64,000 nt of DNA from Candidatus Bathyarchaeia archaeon (GCA_050013255.1 JBEKFP010000001.1:448001-512000); one strand, 5' to 3'; shown: positions 1 to 10,454, counted from the first letter of the stretch. A program made the numbers and translations. Notes: a model not told the origin generated them from the letters alone.

Positions 1-1
1 A

Positions 2-139
2 ATCTCCAAGGCTGGCTCGATGGCTGCGGAGCTCGTTACACTGGAATTCTCGTCTAACATGCCCGTAAAACTAGAGTACGAAATGCCTCAACAAGGAAAG
101 TTGCTCTATTTCCTGGCCCCGAGAATTGAGGCGGAGTAG
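2..139 (+). CDS. pcn: DNA polymerase sliding clamp PCNA, C-terminal fragment (truncated by window edge)
   Basis: Own translation: ISKAGSMAAELVTLEFSSNMPVKLEYEMPQQGKLLYFLAPRIEAE*. The YFLAPRIE C-terminus is typical of PCNA; lies upstream of primase. Confidence 0.9.
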   Translation: MSKAGSMAAELVTLEFSSNMPVKLEYEMPQQGKLLYFLAPRIEAE

Positions 140-203
140 AACTATTAACGCTAAGACGGCATAACCAGCTTCGCCTCTCCCTAACCATTTAGAGGCGGTC
201 AGC

Positions 204-1280
204 ATGCAGGCGCTTCTTACCAAGTTGGACTTGGCAAAATTCCCGTTCACTATAGAAGCGTCTAACTACGTAAAGTCAAGAAACATTGATCCCCTAGAAC
301 TTGTGAGGCCTGAACTAATTCCCATACTCGAACGCGCTATAGAACGAATCAGGCAAGGCGTCTTTACCGGGAGAATCTCAGCTGACCTGACCCAAGAAGA
401 TGTGGACATACTCGCCTACCCCACAGCGCTGATGCTGATCAGCTCCATCGGCGACGACAGGACACGGCGCCGATATGCTCTCGCTGAGTCAAAGCGAGCC
501 TACCAGCTGCTGAGAGAGGAAAGCCCAGACAAGCTCTTGCAGATAGCGACTGGCACGTTCGCTTGGGACGCGAAGCTTGTAGATCGAGATGTTGGCGACA
601 CCCACTTTGAATTCGCGCTTTATTTCACATTCTATGTGAGCAATTCAGCCCGAATACACGACCTGAAATGGAAATTAGTCAATAGGGTCCTCGCTGAAGG
701 CTATGTCTTGCTTCCGCGTGAAGATTTCGCGAGACTGCTGGAGGAGGAAGTTCAATCTAGAGTACTCGAGAAAACCGCCGACACAACGGTAGCGCTCCCC
801 GCGGAATTGGACAAGCGCGTCGAACCGTTGCGTTCTACGCTAAAGGCTAGGTCACAATATTTAGCCACTGACGAAATGCCTCGAGCAGTGATGTCATCCG
901 CAATGCCGCCATGCATGAGGAATTTGCTCGGCCTCCTGCAAACGAGTAAACACATCTCTCACATGGGAAGATTCGCGATGGCTGCCTTCCTACTGAACAT
1001 TGGAACGAACGAAGAGGACCTGCTTAAAATGTTCAAGTCTTTCACCGATTTCGATGAAAGGATCGCACGTTATCAAGTGGAACACATTGCTGGTAGACGC
1101 GGATCAAGAAGACAATACACTGCGCCAAACTGCAGTACTATGCGGACCCACGGCCTTTGCGTCAATCCTGATGAACTATGCGGCTCCATAAAACATCCAT
1201 TGTCCTACTATAGGAGAAAAGCAAGAAGCCTTCTCAGACAAGAAAGAGGAAAAGCCCCCCGTGTGAAAGCGCGCAGCTAG
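204..1280 (+). CDS. priL: DNA primase large subunit
   Basis: WKLVNR, PPCM, H..RF, YQVEHI.G, Y..PNC.TM...GLC, HPLSYY Fe-S domain motifs. Confidence 0.95.
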   Translation: MQALLTKLDLAKFPFTIEASNYVKSRNIDPLELVRPELIPILERAIERIRQGVFTGRISADLTQEDVDILAYPTALMLISSIGDDRTRRRYALAESKRAYQLLREESPDKLLQIATGTFAWDAKLVDRDVGDTHFEFALYFTFYVSNSARIHDLKWKLVNRVLAEGYVLLPREDFARLLEEEVQSRVLEKTADTTVALPAELDKRVEPLRSTLKARSQYLATDEMPRAVMSSAMPPCMRNLLGLLQTSKHISHMGRFAMAAFLLNIGTNEEDLLKMFKSFTDFDERIARYQVEHIAGRRGSRRQYTAPNCSTMRTHGLCVNPDELCGSIKHPLSYYRRKARSLLRQERGKAPRVKARS

Positions 1281-1295
1281 AGATGTAATTCGCCC

Positions 1296-3668
1296 TTGAA
1301 GAAAAGATTGGCAGCTCTCTGCATACTTGCAATCTTAACGATTCTCTCCAGTTTAGTACCTCCTACTCAAACAGCTCACGCTGCTATTGTTTTTCGTGGG
1401 TCGCAGAATCCCAGTGGTCAAGTCTCGATTTTCGTTGAGAGTGACCATGATTTTGTCCCCGGCGAGGTTCAGTTGCTGAATGAGTACGGCACAGTCACGA
1501 CGACCGCAGGCCCCATTGCTGCCGTTCACACCCCAGTAGCCAACCTCCCCGAGATTGGAGGTTTGCCATTTGTCACACGGATTGAGAATTCACATTCCCT
1601 CAGCATTGATCTTGAGAGCGGCGTACCCGATACCGGGGCGCCACAAGTATGGAATCAAGTAAAGGATCCAAATGGCAACAATGTAACTGGCGCAGGAGTA
1701 ATCATTGGGTTCGTCGATACTGGGATTGATACGACACACCCAGATTTCACCTTCCCCAATGGAACCACCAAGATTCTCTACGTCTGGGACCAAACAACCC
1801 CCGGCCGCCCACCTACTGGTTTCGACTATGGCTACGAGTGCACGTCAGCTGACGTCCAAGCGAAGAGCTGTCCTGAAACCGATACATTCGGCCACGGGAC
1901 ACACGTAGCCGGAATAGCGGCAGGTTCCGGATTGGCTACAGGAAACTTTACAGGAGTAGCTCCGGGGGCGAGCATAATCTTCGTGAAGAGCGGGTATGGC
2001 GTATGCAACGGTGCTAGCTGGAATTTCGATACAACTCACATTTTAGATGGCGTAAGTTACATTGTGAAAAAAGCGGCCAAGCTTGGAATGCACGCTGTGA
2101 TAAGCCTCAGCTTAGGTGGAAACATTGGAGCCCACGATGGAACTGACCCGTTCGAACTCGCCCTGGACGCAATTGTGGAGGCGGGAACACCGGTCGTCGT
2201 TGCCGCCGGAAATCAGGCACGAGACAACGCCCACATTCGAGGCCAACTTTCACAGGGAAGCAACGCGACTTTCCAGGTGCAGGTTCAACAAACAACTGTG
2301 GACCTTCAGATCGATGTCTGGTATTCACCTCAGGATCAGATCGACGCGACGCTCACAACACCAGATGGGCAGCATTACCGTGCTCCGACAATTCCTGGAG
2401 GAGTTGTAAGCAACTTCGGCAACGTAACAACCACAACAAGTTCCTCGAACAACGGTGACGAATTGTACCTTGAAGTCAACTCGACTACAAACCTGCCACC
2501 CAATGGATGGAGCATAACTCTAAAGGCGACCCAAATTCAGTCTCAAGGCTTCTGGGACGCGTGGACCGATGCGGTAACTTGCTCCAATCCTGGACCCTTC
2601 TTTACACCCGGTATTGGATACGAGATCGACAGCCACGACACTGTGGGCATACCGGGTACAGCGAGACATGTTGTGACGGTGGGCGCTTACGTAACAAACG
2701 CATCATGGACGGGAATAAATGGTCAGGTCTACGGCCGTACTGACATAGCGCCCGGTGGAATTGCACCATTCAGCTCCTGGGGACCTACAAGGGATGGAAG
2801 AATCAAGCCGGATGTAGTAGCACCTGGGACCAGCATCACTTCCGCAAGATCGAATACGATACGCGAGCAAGGAGGTGACCCTGACGCGTTTCACAGAGTC
2901 CTATCGGGCACAAGCATGGCGACACCACACGTCGCTGGGGCAATTGCTCTAATGCTCCAATACGACCCGCACCTACAAGCGATCGATATCCCTGGAATAC
3001 TCACACGAACCGCACGTTTCGACGCAGACACTGGCGTGTTTACGAACGGCTCTCCGGTTTGGGGCTTCGGGAAATTAGACGCACGCACCGCTACCGGGTT
3101 CTTCCGGTTGATACTGGTAACCAGTGGTATTCCAAGCTCCATCACTGTTCCAGTTCAGGTGGACGGCAAGGACAATCTTGAGTCTTCAGGCGGTTCCTGG
3201 GTTGACCTATACTTCCTCAAAGGAGGAACGCATACGGTTTCGTTGGATACTCAGATTCAAGGTAAACTCGGCACCCGGTACGAACTCGAAGATGGCGGTT
3301 TTGCGGTGTCGGCGAATTCACTAAAGATGCTGGATTACACGGTTCAATATCTACTCGTTGCAAACTCGCGCTTCGGACCTACGTTGGGAGGAGGGTGGTA
3401 CAATGCCAATGCAACTGTGAAAGTTGGTGCTCCAGACCGCGTACCTGCTGGAGGAGCATTAGGTTACCTAGGTGTAGCATACACTTTGGCTTACTGGGTA
3501 GGAGAGAATGGTAGAGTTATGACAAACCCTGTTGTTATGAATACGCCAAGGAACGTAACCGCTGTTTATGCTCTGAGGTTTCCCGTAGAGACGTTTGTGG
3601 TCGCTATAGTAGTCCTAGTAGCAATTCTCGTGTCATTCGTTATTATTGCGAGGAAACGGATGAGTTAA
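1296..3668 (+). CDS. Membrane-anchored subtilisin-like S8 serine protease with inserted beta-domain
   Basis: Signal peptide; catalytic motifs VDTGID, HGTHVAG, AAGN, GTSMATPH; C-terminal TM helix plus basic tail. Confidence 0.9.
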   Translation: MKKRLAALCILAILTILSSLVPPTQTAHAAIVFRGSQNPSGQVSIFVESDHDFVPGEVQLLNEYGTVTTTAGPIAAVHTPVANLPEIGGLPFVTRIENSHSLSIDLESGVPDTGAPQVWNQVKDPNGNNVTGAGVIIGFVDTGIDTTHPDFTFPNGTTKILYVWDQTTPGRPPTGFDYGYECTSADVQAKSCPETDTFGHGTHVAGIAAGSGLATGNFTGVAPGASIIFVKSGYGVCNGASWNFDTTHILDGVSYIVKKAAKLGMHAVISLSLGGNIGAHDGTDPFELALDAIVEAGTPVVVAAGNQARDNAHIRGQLSQGSNATFQVQVQQTTVDLQIDVWYSPQDQIDATLTTPDGQHYRAPTIPGGVVSNFGNVTTTTSSSNNGDELYLEVNSTTNLPPNGWSITLKATQIQSQGFWDAWTDAVTCSNPGPFFTPGIGYEIDSHDTVGIPGTARHVVTVGAYVTNASWTGINGQVYGRTDIAPGGIAPFSSWGPTRDGRIKPDVVAPGTSITSARSNTIREQGGDPDAFHRVLSGTSMATPHVAGAIALMLQYDPHLQAIDIPGILTRTARFDADTGVFTNGSPVWGFGKLDARTATGFFRLILVTSGIPSSITVPVQVDGKDNLESSGGSWVDLYFLKGGTHTVSLDTQIQGKLGTRYELEDGGFAVSANSLKMLDYTVQYLLVANSRFGPTLGGGWYNANATVKVGAPDRVPAGGALGYLGVAYTLAYWVGENGRVMTNPVVMNTPRNVTAVYALRFPVETFVVAIVVLVAILVSFVIIARKRMS

Positions 3669-3678
3669 CCTGGCCAGC

Positions 3679-3993
3679 TTATTTCCGCTTCATCATTACA
3701 TCGGAGCCTTCGACGCGAACATCAAATAGAATTTCGTCCTTAGTGGGTGGAGGCCCAACCACCTTCCCCGTTGTAACATCAAACTGTCCCCCATGCCATG
3801 GGCAGATGACATTATTTCCTTCAATTTCACCTTCATCAAGCGGACCTCCTCTGTGCGTACAGGTGTTCGCTATCGCATAGAGCTTTCCGCCAACATTTGC
3901 AACGAGAACACCTTCGCCGCCAAATACAACCTTCTTCAAAGAACCAACGGGGAATTCGACCGCTTGGCCGACCTTGACATACCCTTCGCTCAT
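3679..3993 (-). CDS. Rieske-type [2Fe-2S] ferredoxin
   Basis: CTHRGGPL and CPWHGGQFD motifs; start reassigned to ATG 3993 (MSEGYVKV). Confidence 0.9.
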   Translation of the reverse strand: MSEGYVKVGQAVEFPVGSLKKVVFGGEGVLVANVGGKLYAIANTCTHRGGPLDEGEIEGNNVICPWHGGQFDVTTGKVVGPPPTKDEILFDVRVEGSDVMMKRK

Positions 3994-4104
3994 CCCGTAA
4001 AACCGCCTGGGACTATATTCGGCTAGGTTTATGAACTGAGTGCATATGGAAGGATGTATTCGCGCCAAGTACTCAACAATGAAAATATCTGAAGTTACTC
4101 TGAC

Positions 4105-5394
4105 ATGAACATGAGGAAGAGCAACCTGCCACCCAACACCCAAACGCAACGCTTCGAATTCCTAAAACAGAAATTCCAAGAGTACTATAAAGCAGCAAGT
4201 CCTTCCCTCAAACCCCCTCCCGCAATGACGGAACGCGAATTCGGGTTTCTGCTTTTCCCTCAGAAGATAATGGTAAGGCACAAGGCCTTCCAGAATCTCG
4301 AAACCTTCACTGATTCGCTCTTATCGCTGGCACCTTCAGATGTTTACTATTCTACCGCGTACTATGCACACCCCACTCTTGAAATGGACCAAAAAGGCTG
4401 GAAGGGCTCAGATGTTGTCTTCGATGTTGACGCTGATCACATTGACACCCCCTGCAAGGAAACACACGACATGTGGGCATGCACCAAATGCAAGGAGACG
4501 CGAAGAGGCAGGAAACCTGCAAAATGTCCCAAATGCGGAACCGAGAAAATAGATGAGAAACCTTGGCTTTGCGTTCGGTGTCTTATAGCTGCGAAGGAAG
4601 AAGTCCTAAAACTAATTGAGTTTCTCTCAGAAGACTTCGGAATTGAATCTAATCAGATGCACCTATTTTTTTCCGGTCACAGAGGATACCACCTCCACAT
4701 AATTTCCGACAAACTGAAGACTCTGGACGATCTGCAGAGGAAGGAGATCGTAGATTACGTCCTCGCCCTCGGGCTGGACCCAGCTGAGCAGGGACTTTAT
4801 CAGGACATTCTAGACAATAGGCATCCGGTTGTGGTCGGGCCTGATCTGACGGAGCCAGGTTGGCGCGGCAGGCTTGCTCGCGGAGTGTACCAAATCTTAA
4901 CGGAGTTGAATCAACAGCAGTTGGTTGAACTCGGATTTACACGAGGAGCTGCCGAGCAGATTCTGAACGACCGTGAAACAATCAAGAAGGAATGGTCGAG
5001 AAAGATGCTCTGGAGTTCTTTCCAGGACAAGTGGCGCATAAACGAGAAGATCTGGAGAAACATCGTTGATAAAGCAATGAGTCTCGTGGCTCTACCTGCA
5101 CAGATCGACACCGTCGTGACCACGGACATACACAGATTGATCCGGATGCCGGAAACATTGAATGGGAAGACAGGCCTCAAAGCCGCATCAGTCGAATTGG
5201 AGCGCCTTGAAGAATTCGATCCCTTCTATGAACCGGCAGTCTTCGAAGGGGCCCAGGTCGTTCAAGTAAGCGAAGCACCTGAAATCATGCTGCGCGACCA
5301 AAACTATGGACCGTTCACCAACGAAAAAATTGAATTACCGCTAGCCGTCGCAATCCTGCTGATAGCCAAGGGCGTCGCATACCCGGTGAAATAG
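4105..5394 (+). CDS. priS: DNA primase small (catalytic) subunit with Zn-ribbon insertion
   Basis: EREFGF, DVYYS, VFDVDAD, FSGHRGYH, IDTVVTTDIHRLIRMP motifs. Confidence 0.95.
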   Translation: MNMRKSNLPPNTQTQRFEFLKQKFQEYYKAASPSLKPPPAMTEREFGFLLFPQKIMVRHKAFQNLETFTDSLLSLAPSDVYYSTAYYAHPTLEMDQKGWKGSDVVFDVDADHIDTPCKETHDMWACTKCKETRRGRKPAKCPKCGTEKIDEKPWLCVRCLIAAKEEVLKLIEFLSEDFGIESNQMHLFFSGHRGYHLHIISDKLKTLDDLQRKEIVDYVLALGLDPAEQGLYQDILDNRHPVVVGPDLTEPGWRGRLARGVYQILTELNQQQLVELGFTRGAAEQILNDRETIKKEWSRKMLWSSFQDKWRINEKIWRNIVDKAMSLVALPAQIDTVVTTDIHRLIRMPETLNGKTGLKAASVELERLEEFDPFYEPAVFEGAQVVQVSEAPEIMLRDQNYGPFTNEKIELPLAVAILLIAKGVAYPVK

Positions 5395-5396
5395 AC

Positions 5397-5984
5397 ATGT
5401 ACAACGACCTCTACAAGGCTTGGAAGGCCGAAAAAACCTCCGAGAAACCGCAGCCGCTATCGAGCGACTTTTACCAACGGGCCACTGGCTACCTAAAGGG
5501 ATTAGAAGACGACTCCGTTGCTGACGACACACGTACAATCCAGGGCCGCCTACTCGTCGAAGAGAAGGATGTAGCAAAACGCCTGCTCGACGAAATTAAG
5601 CAAACAAGGCTGCATAAAATTGTTAACGCAGCAAGAGATGGCAGCGAAATTAGCACGAGTGACTTAACGGATGAAGAAAGAAGGCTCGTGGAACACTTCA
5701 ATGAATCCCTCTCAAACTACAAGGAACACGACACACCTAAGCAGGGTGGCTCCCTTCCCGAAGATCAACCGGAACTTTCAGTCGTAAGGTTCCTTGATAA
5801 TGTTCCCGAAATTGTTGGCGTTGACTTGAAAATATACGGCCCGTACAAGAAAGAAGACGTAGGTTCCCTTCCAAATCAAAACGCCCAGGCACTGATTAAA
5901 CAAGGCCTCGCTAAGGAAATTGATGTTAAGCGTGTCCATCATGCTTTGCCTGAAGAATTGACGAAACAACTCCATCAACAATAA
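5397..5984 (+). CDS. GINS subunit (Gins51/Gins15 type)
   Basis: Helical A domain (FY..A..Y, R..KI) plus C-terminal B domain VRFL..VPEIVGVDLKIYGPYKKEDV; follows priS. Confidence 0.85.
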   Translation: MYNDLYKAWKAEKTSEKPQPLSSDFYQRATGYLKGLEDDSVADDTRTIQGRLLVEEKDVAKRLLDEIKQTRLHKIVNAARDGSEISTSDLTDEERRLVEHFNESLSNYKEHDTPKQGGSLPEDQPELSVVRFLDNVPEIVGVDLKIYGPYKKEDVGSLPNQNAQALIKQGLAKEIDVKRVHHALPEELTKQLHQQ

Positions 5985-6026
5985 ATAGCGCACGCAAAGC
6001 TAGGTAACGAACTCAGGCTGATCAGT

Positions 6027-6302
6027 ATGAAAGCCCCAAAACAGATTCGAACCTACTGTCCAAAATGCAAATCACATACTGATCACCAGGTATCAATCTA
6101 CAAGAAGAGCAAGGAACGGGCGATGTCCGACGGAGCAAGAAGGCAAAACCGAAGGAAGCACGGATATGGCGGACAGAAATTCCCGGAACTGAAACGTACA
6201 GCAAAGACAACAAAGAAACAATTGCTGAGGCTCAGCTGCAAGACCTGCAGCTCTGAGGTCTACCGACTCGGAATTAGACTCCGAAAACTCGAAATCACCT
6301 AA
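6027..6302 (+). CDS. rpl44e: 50S ribosomal protein L44e
   Basis: RTYCPKC..HT.H, GYGGQKFP, KTTKK..LRL.C..C. Confidence 0.97.
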   Translation: MKAPKQIRTYCPKCKSHTDHQVSIYKKSKERAMSDGARRQNRRKHGYGGQKFPELKRTAKTTKKQLLRLSCKTCSSEVYRLGIRLRKLEIT

Positions 6303-6389
6303 ATTACCTTCGAGTGCGGAGAAACAAGCCATAACACTTATGTTAGTTGCACCCACTTTCTTCGGCCTCCACAAGAACAGTGAATCATT

Positions 6390-6584
6390 ATGGTTAAGGG
6401 CGAACTTATTCCAAAGCCAGAAAGCAGCTTCGTTAGAATCAAATGTCCCAAGTGCGGTAACGAGCAAGTGATATTTGACAGGCCATCAATTCCCCCGCGA
6501 TGCTCAGTCTGCGAAGAGATTTTAGCTGAACCGACCGGCGGAAAAGCAAGAATTAAGTCAGAAGTCGTGCAGGTTCTCGGATAG
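6390..6584 (+). CDS. rps27e: 30S ribosomal protein S27e
   Basis: SFVRIKCPKCGNEQVIF, C..C...LAEPTGGKA. Confidence 0.97.
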   Translation: MVKGELIPKPESSFVRIKCPKCGNEQVIFDRPSIPPRCSVCEEILAEPTGGKARIKSEVVQVLG

Positions 6585-6593
6585 GCCAAGCGA

Positions 6594-7376
6594 ATGTCAG
6601 TAGCGCCGCGTTACCCAGAGGTCGGCGACCTTGTAGTAGCCTCTGTAACGCGGGTCGTGGATTACGGGGCATACGTCAAACTTGATGAATACGAAGGTGT
6701 GGAAGGTCTAATCCACATCTCAGAAATCGCAAGCACATACGTGAAAAACATCAGGGTTCACGTCAGAGAGGGCCAGAAGCTGGTCCTGAAAGTTCTGCGT
6801 GTTAGCTCCCAACGGGCTCAAGTCGACCTCTCGCTGCGCAGAGTCACGGGGCGAGAAAAATCCGAGAAAATGCTCGAATGGAAGAAAGTGAAGAAAGCTG
6901 ACTCAATCATCAAGGGCGCAGCTGAGAAATTGAAGACGACCGAAGATGATGTATCTAAGGTCAAGTCGATTATCTATGAAAAATTCGATAACCCATTCGA
7001 CGCATTCGAAGAAGCTACGGATGAGGGCGAAGAGATCTTTAGCAAACTTGGCATTAGCGAAGAATGGGCCAAGACACTCACGGAAGTTGCGCGGAGCAAG
7101 ATTAGGTTAGAAAAGGCGAAGGTCACGGGAACTGTAGAACTAACTTGCGCCAGGACAGAAGGGGTGGAAGCGATACGCCAAGCGCTCCGAGGAGCGAAGA
7201 AGGTTAAGAAGTCACGCGGAACAACCATCAAGATTTACACGGTAGGGTCCCCACGTTACAGGCTCGAAGTTAGGAGCAAAGAGATAACGGATGCCCAAGC
7301 GACATTGAACTTGGCGATTGACGAGGCACTAAACTCGATTAAGAGCCTGGGCGGCGAAGGGCGCAAACTAAGTTGA
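6594..7376 (+). CDS. eif2a: Translation initiation factor 2 alpha subunit
   Basis: S1 domain YPEVGDLV..GAYVKLDEY..EGLIHISEI, VDLSLRRV; C-terminal GSPRYR. Confidence 0.95.
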   Translation: MSVAPRYPEVGDLVVASVTRVVDYGAYVKLDEYEGVEGLIHISEIASTYVKNIRVHVREGQKLVLKVLRVSSQRAQVDLSLRRVTGREKSEKMLEWKKVKKADSIIKGAAEKLKTTEDDVSKVKSIIYEKFDNPFDAFEEATDEGEEIFSKLGISEEWAKTLTEVARSKIRLEKAKVTGTVELTCARTEGVEAIRQALRGAKKVKKSRGTTIKIYTVGSPRYRLEVRSKEITDAQATLNLAIDEALNSIKSLGGEGRKLS

Positions 7377-7525
7377 AATGGCTCCTAAGAAAATGCCCTA
7401 ACTGCAAAACCTACACACTGAAACAGAACTGCCCCAAGTGCGGAGAACCTACAGTTACACCCCATCCACCAAAGTTTTCCCCGCATGACAAATATGCTCG
7501 CCTGCGCCAGCCAAATGAGGAGTAA
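7373..7525 (+). CDS. nop10: H/ACA RNP protein Nop10 (not in ORF track)
   Basis: Own translation from TTG: MKWLLRKCPNCKTYTLKQNCPKCGEPTVTPHPPKFSPHDKYARLRQPNEE*; overlaps the aIF2-alpha stop; canonical position. Confidence 0.93.
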   Translation: MKWLLRKCPNCKTYTLKQNCPKCGEPTVTPHPPKFSPHDKYARLRQPNEE

Positions 7526-7561
7526 GATTCAGGGCAATAGTAGTGGAACAGAGACGCATTA

Positions 7562-10336
7562 TCATGACTTGTTGAGCGTGATTTCCGCCAGTGCTCGGTC
7601 GTAGTTTTGGTTTCCTGGCCAGCTCGCGGCCAATGTAAAGCTCCCAGGTATGTTAACGAACCAAGTGAAGCTCATACTGGGGGAACTCATGATTACATTT
7701 TCGATCGGAACAAAGGTTTTGTTGTCAAAGGTATACGACACAGTTACGTTGGCTCCGCTCACGAACGGGGACATTTGAACCGTCACCGTAACGTTCTGGC
7801 CTACCGTCACTGAATGGGAGGATGTTGTGATACTCAAATTTACTCTTCCGGTTTGCACATTGAGGACTTGAGGCGTAGTCGAAGTATCTGCGTACGGGCC
7901 CACAGCACCTAGGTAGTGGGCTCGAATAATGTAATTGCCAGCGTCAGGCGTCCAGGTGTAGCTATACGTTCCGTTTGGAGAGACAGGCACACCCTGTATT
8001 GGCTGCCACGTTTGGCCACTGTCAGTAGACGCTTCCAATGTGACCGATGGGTTGCTGATGCTCAACGCGTTTCCAGCGGGATCACCAAGATTCCCGGCAA
8101 GGACCACTTGTTGTCCGTATGGGATTTGGTGTTTGATTGGATTGATTGATAAGTGAACTGCCTTTGGAATTCTCACTTGAAAGAGGAATACAAAGTTGTT
8201 CGATGAAGAGAAGACACGTGTGAAGTATTGAGAAGGCTGCTCATTGGCCGCATTTGTTGCCAAAGCCATCATGTAGCCTAACATCGTGTGGTCGTTGAGC
8301 TGGTTATTGCTCGCAATCGTATCGTTACTTACGAATTTTCCTTTCGAGTCTTGGAGCAATTGGGTATAGCTCGAACTGGTGCTACCAGTTTGAGTGGCGG
8401 TAACGGTTTCCGTGTAGATCACTTTATAGTTGTTCCACATCGTGTTATTTCCGATGCGTGCCATCCAATACCATTTCCCGTCCTCGCCGAACCCTTGGTA
8501 TCCTCCTTGACTGCCACCTGAAGGCGTGATAAAGATAGCCACGTACGATACGTTATATTTTTCGAGATTAGGGATTGCCATAGTGATGTTATCGAGGAAG
8601 GTTTGAGCTATCACGGCTATCTGCGTGGAGTTTTGGGTACCGTTATCCGCGAGCGTTCTCCGATCGCCGAGAGCAGTGATCCAATACCCATAGTCCCACC
8701 ACGCGAAAACAACCGAACCAGTAGGCGTGTTCTGTCGCATCCACGACAATGCCTCAAGCCAATCTGCATACTTCAATTCCTGCCCAGTTGCTGGAGCTGT
8801 GGGAATACTTGAAGTGACGATTGTTGCAGGTTGGTATGAGCCACGCACCGCCGTCCAGAAGGTCGGAATTATAATTATGAGGAGGATTAGAAAGATGGCG
8901 ACACCAAACTCTCGGCCAATTCTACTTATGACTCGAGTTTTATGTTTTGGATAGATAACCGCCTCGCGCACAATGTCGACTGCAGGTTTCCCTAGTTCCA
9001 CAGTCCCTATGGCAGCTAACAGGCAGAAAGCCGGAGCAAGGAGCAAGGTTAGACGGACGAAGGATGCCGCAAAATAGACAGCAGTGACTCCCCATAGAAG
9101 TAGGAAGATATCGTCGTTCCTAACCCTTTGCAGAATGAAAACGAAGCCGAACAGAATCAGGAAAATAAGGGCTCCAAATTCGTAGAAGAACGACCCCCAC
9201 GTTGCGGGTTGATGTTCCGCAACACTTTGGATGATTGGAACTTGACCGCGGACAAACGGGTCTATTACGGCATAGAATTTGCCATAGGGGAGAGAAACCG
9301 CGTGGAAATACGAAAGAACGGTAACAACTGCTATGGTTCCAAGTACCGTCGCCATTAGCGCGTAAATCTGGTGCTTCCGGTTGGTGACATACGTGGAGGC
9401 TTCGCGAGCAAGTAGGACTACCTCCCCAACCGGTATTACCAGCCAAGTGAAATCGCTAAGTCCACCAAAGCCAAGCTTCGGGACCAAAAATGGAGTAAAG
9501 AGCAAGAATATTCCCATAGTGACAGAATAGCTTAGGAAGAGTTTCTTCGAAGAACGACCCAATATGCCTAAGATAACTGCGTAGACAACCAATAGGTCAA
9601 GCGGGTAGTAGGCCGCTGCCCAAGACGCGGCCAGGTAGAAGAGCGAGAACCCGGTTAAGCCAGCGTATATCAGCGTCTTACGGGTTGAAGAGGTTGGCAC
9701 AGTCGACCTTCTGAAGAAGAGGAAGAGCAGTATCATCAGCAGAATGCCAAGCGGCTCATGGCGGAGAAAACCAAGTTGGGTTCGACCAATACTGCTTGGA
9801 TTCAAAGCCAAAAACAGGGCGGTAAACAATCCTGCGCCTTTTCCCCAGAAATCCTTTCCAAGGAAGTATGCTGCTAGAACGGTTAGGGTTCCGGCGACTA
9901 CTGGAAAGACAACTGCAACCACAAACACGGTTACATTTACGCCAACATAATGCAGTATCATCGTGATGGCCGCTATTACGAAGGCCGTACCGTAGAGGTT
10001 CCATGTGGGCATGTCCGCGCCGTATGGATACCAACTCATCGTGTCATGCCAGCTAAACCACGCCAAGAAACCGTGATCGACAACGTACTGTGCCATGCGC
10101 CATTGCAAGTACGGATCGAATTCGTTTAGGAAGAATCCCCAGCGGATAGGCATTATTCGGACGGCTAGTGCTACGAGAACAATCAAGCCAACTACAATTG
10201 CTTCTATGACCGTTCCTCGAGAGATTCCTGAAAGAACTTTGCGAGTTCCTTCAACACGACCGGCAAGTGTTTCGCGGTTTATGTACTTCCCTAAGAAGCC
10301 ACGCACCTTCCTCAGGGCTTGCCGGGTAGCTGACAT
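7562..10336 (-). CDS. aglB: Oligosaccharyltransferase STT3/AglB with C-terminal Ig-like extension
   Basis: EFDPY, SVAEHQP, WWDYGYWI, ADNGT and EDGKWYWMARIG motifs; many TM helices. Confidence 0.93.
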   Translation of the reverse strand: MSATRQALRKVRGFLGKYINRETLAGRVEGTRKVLSGISRGTVIEAIVVGLIVLVALAVRIMPIRWGFFLNEFDPYLQWRMAQYVVDHGFLAWFSWHDTMSWYPYGADMPTWNLYGTAFVIAAITMILHYVGVNVTVFVVAVVFPVVAGTLTVLAAYFLGKDFWGKGAGLFTALFLALNPSSIGRTQLGFLRHEPLGILLMILLFLFFRRSTVPTSSTRKTLIYAGLTGFSLFYLAASWAAAYYPLDLLVVYAVILGILGRSSKKLFLSYSVTMGIFLLFTPFLVPKLGFGGLSDFTWLVIPVGEVVLLAREASTYVTNRKHQIYALMATVLGTIAVVTVLSYFHAVSLPYGKFYAVIDPFVRGQVPIIQSVAEHQPATWGSFFYEFGALIFLILFGFVFILQRVRNDDIFLLLWGVTAVYFAASFVRLTLLLAPAFCLLAAIGTVELGKPAVDIVREAVIYPKHKTRVISRIGREFGVAIFLILLIIIIPTFWTAVRGSYQPATIVTSSIPTAPATGQELKYADWLEALSWMRQNTPTGSVVFAWWDYGYWITALGDRRTLADNGTQNSTQIAVIAQTFLDNITMAIPNLEKYNVSYVAIFITPSGGSQGGYQGFGEDGKWYWMARIGNNTMWNNYKVIYTETVTATQTGSTSSSYTQLLQDSKGKFVSNDTIASNNQLNDHTMLGYMMALATNAANEQPSQYFTRVFSSSNNFVFLFQVRIPKAVHLSINPIKHQIPYGQQVVLAGNLGDPAGNALSISNPSVTLEASTDSGQTWQPIQGVPVSPNGTYSYTWTPDAGNYIIRAHYLGAVGPYADTSTTPQVLNVQTGRVNLSITTSSHSVTVGQNVTVTVQMSPFVSGANVTVSYTFDNKTFVPIENVIMSSPSMSFTWFVNIPGSFTLAASWPGNQNYDRALAEITLNKS

Positions 10337-10454
10337 TTCTGCACCTAGGGATTTTTCAGGTTACACTTTCAGTGTGTTATAAAAGGTTGGTGAGTTATAA
10401 CTCAGTATCCAGTGTCAGGTTGGACCTAGATCGGTCCGCAAAACCATCTCGAAG

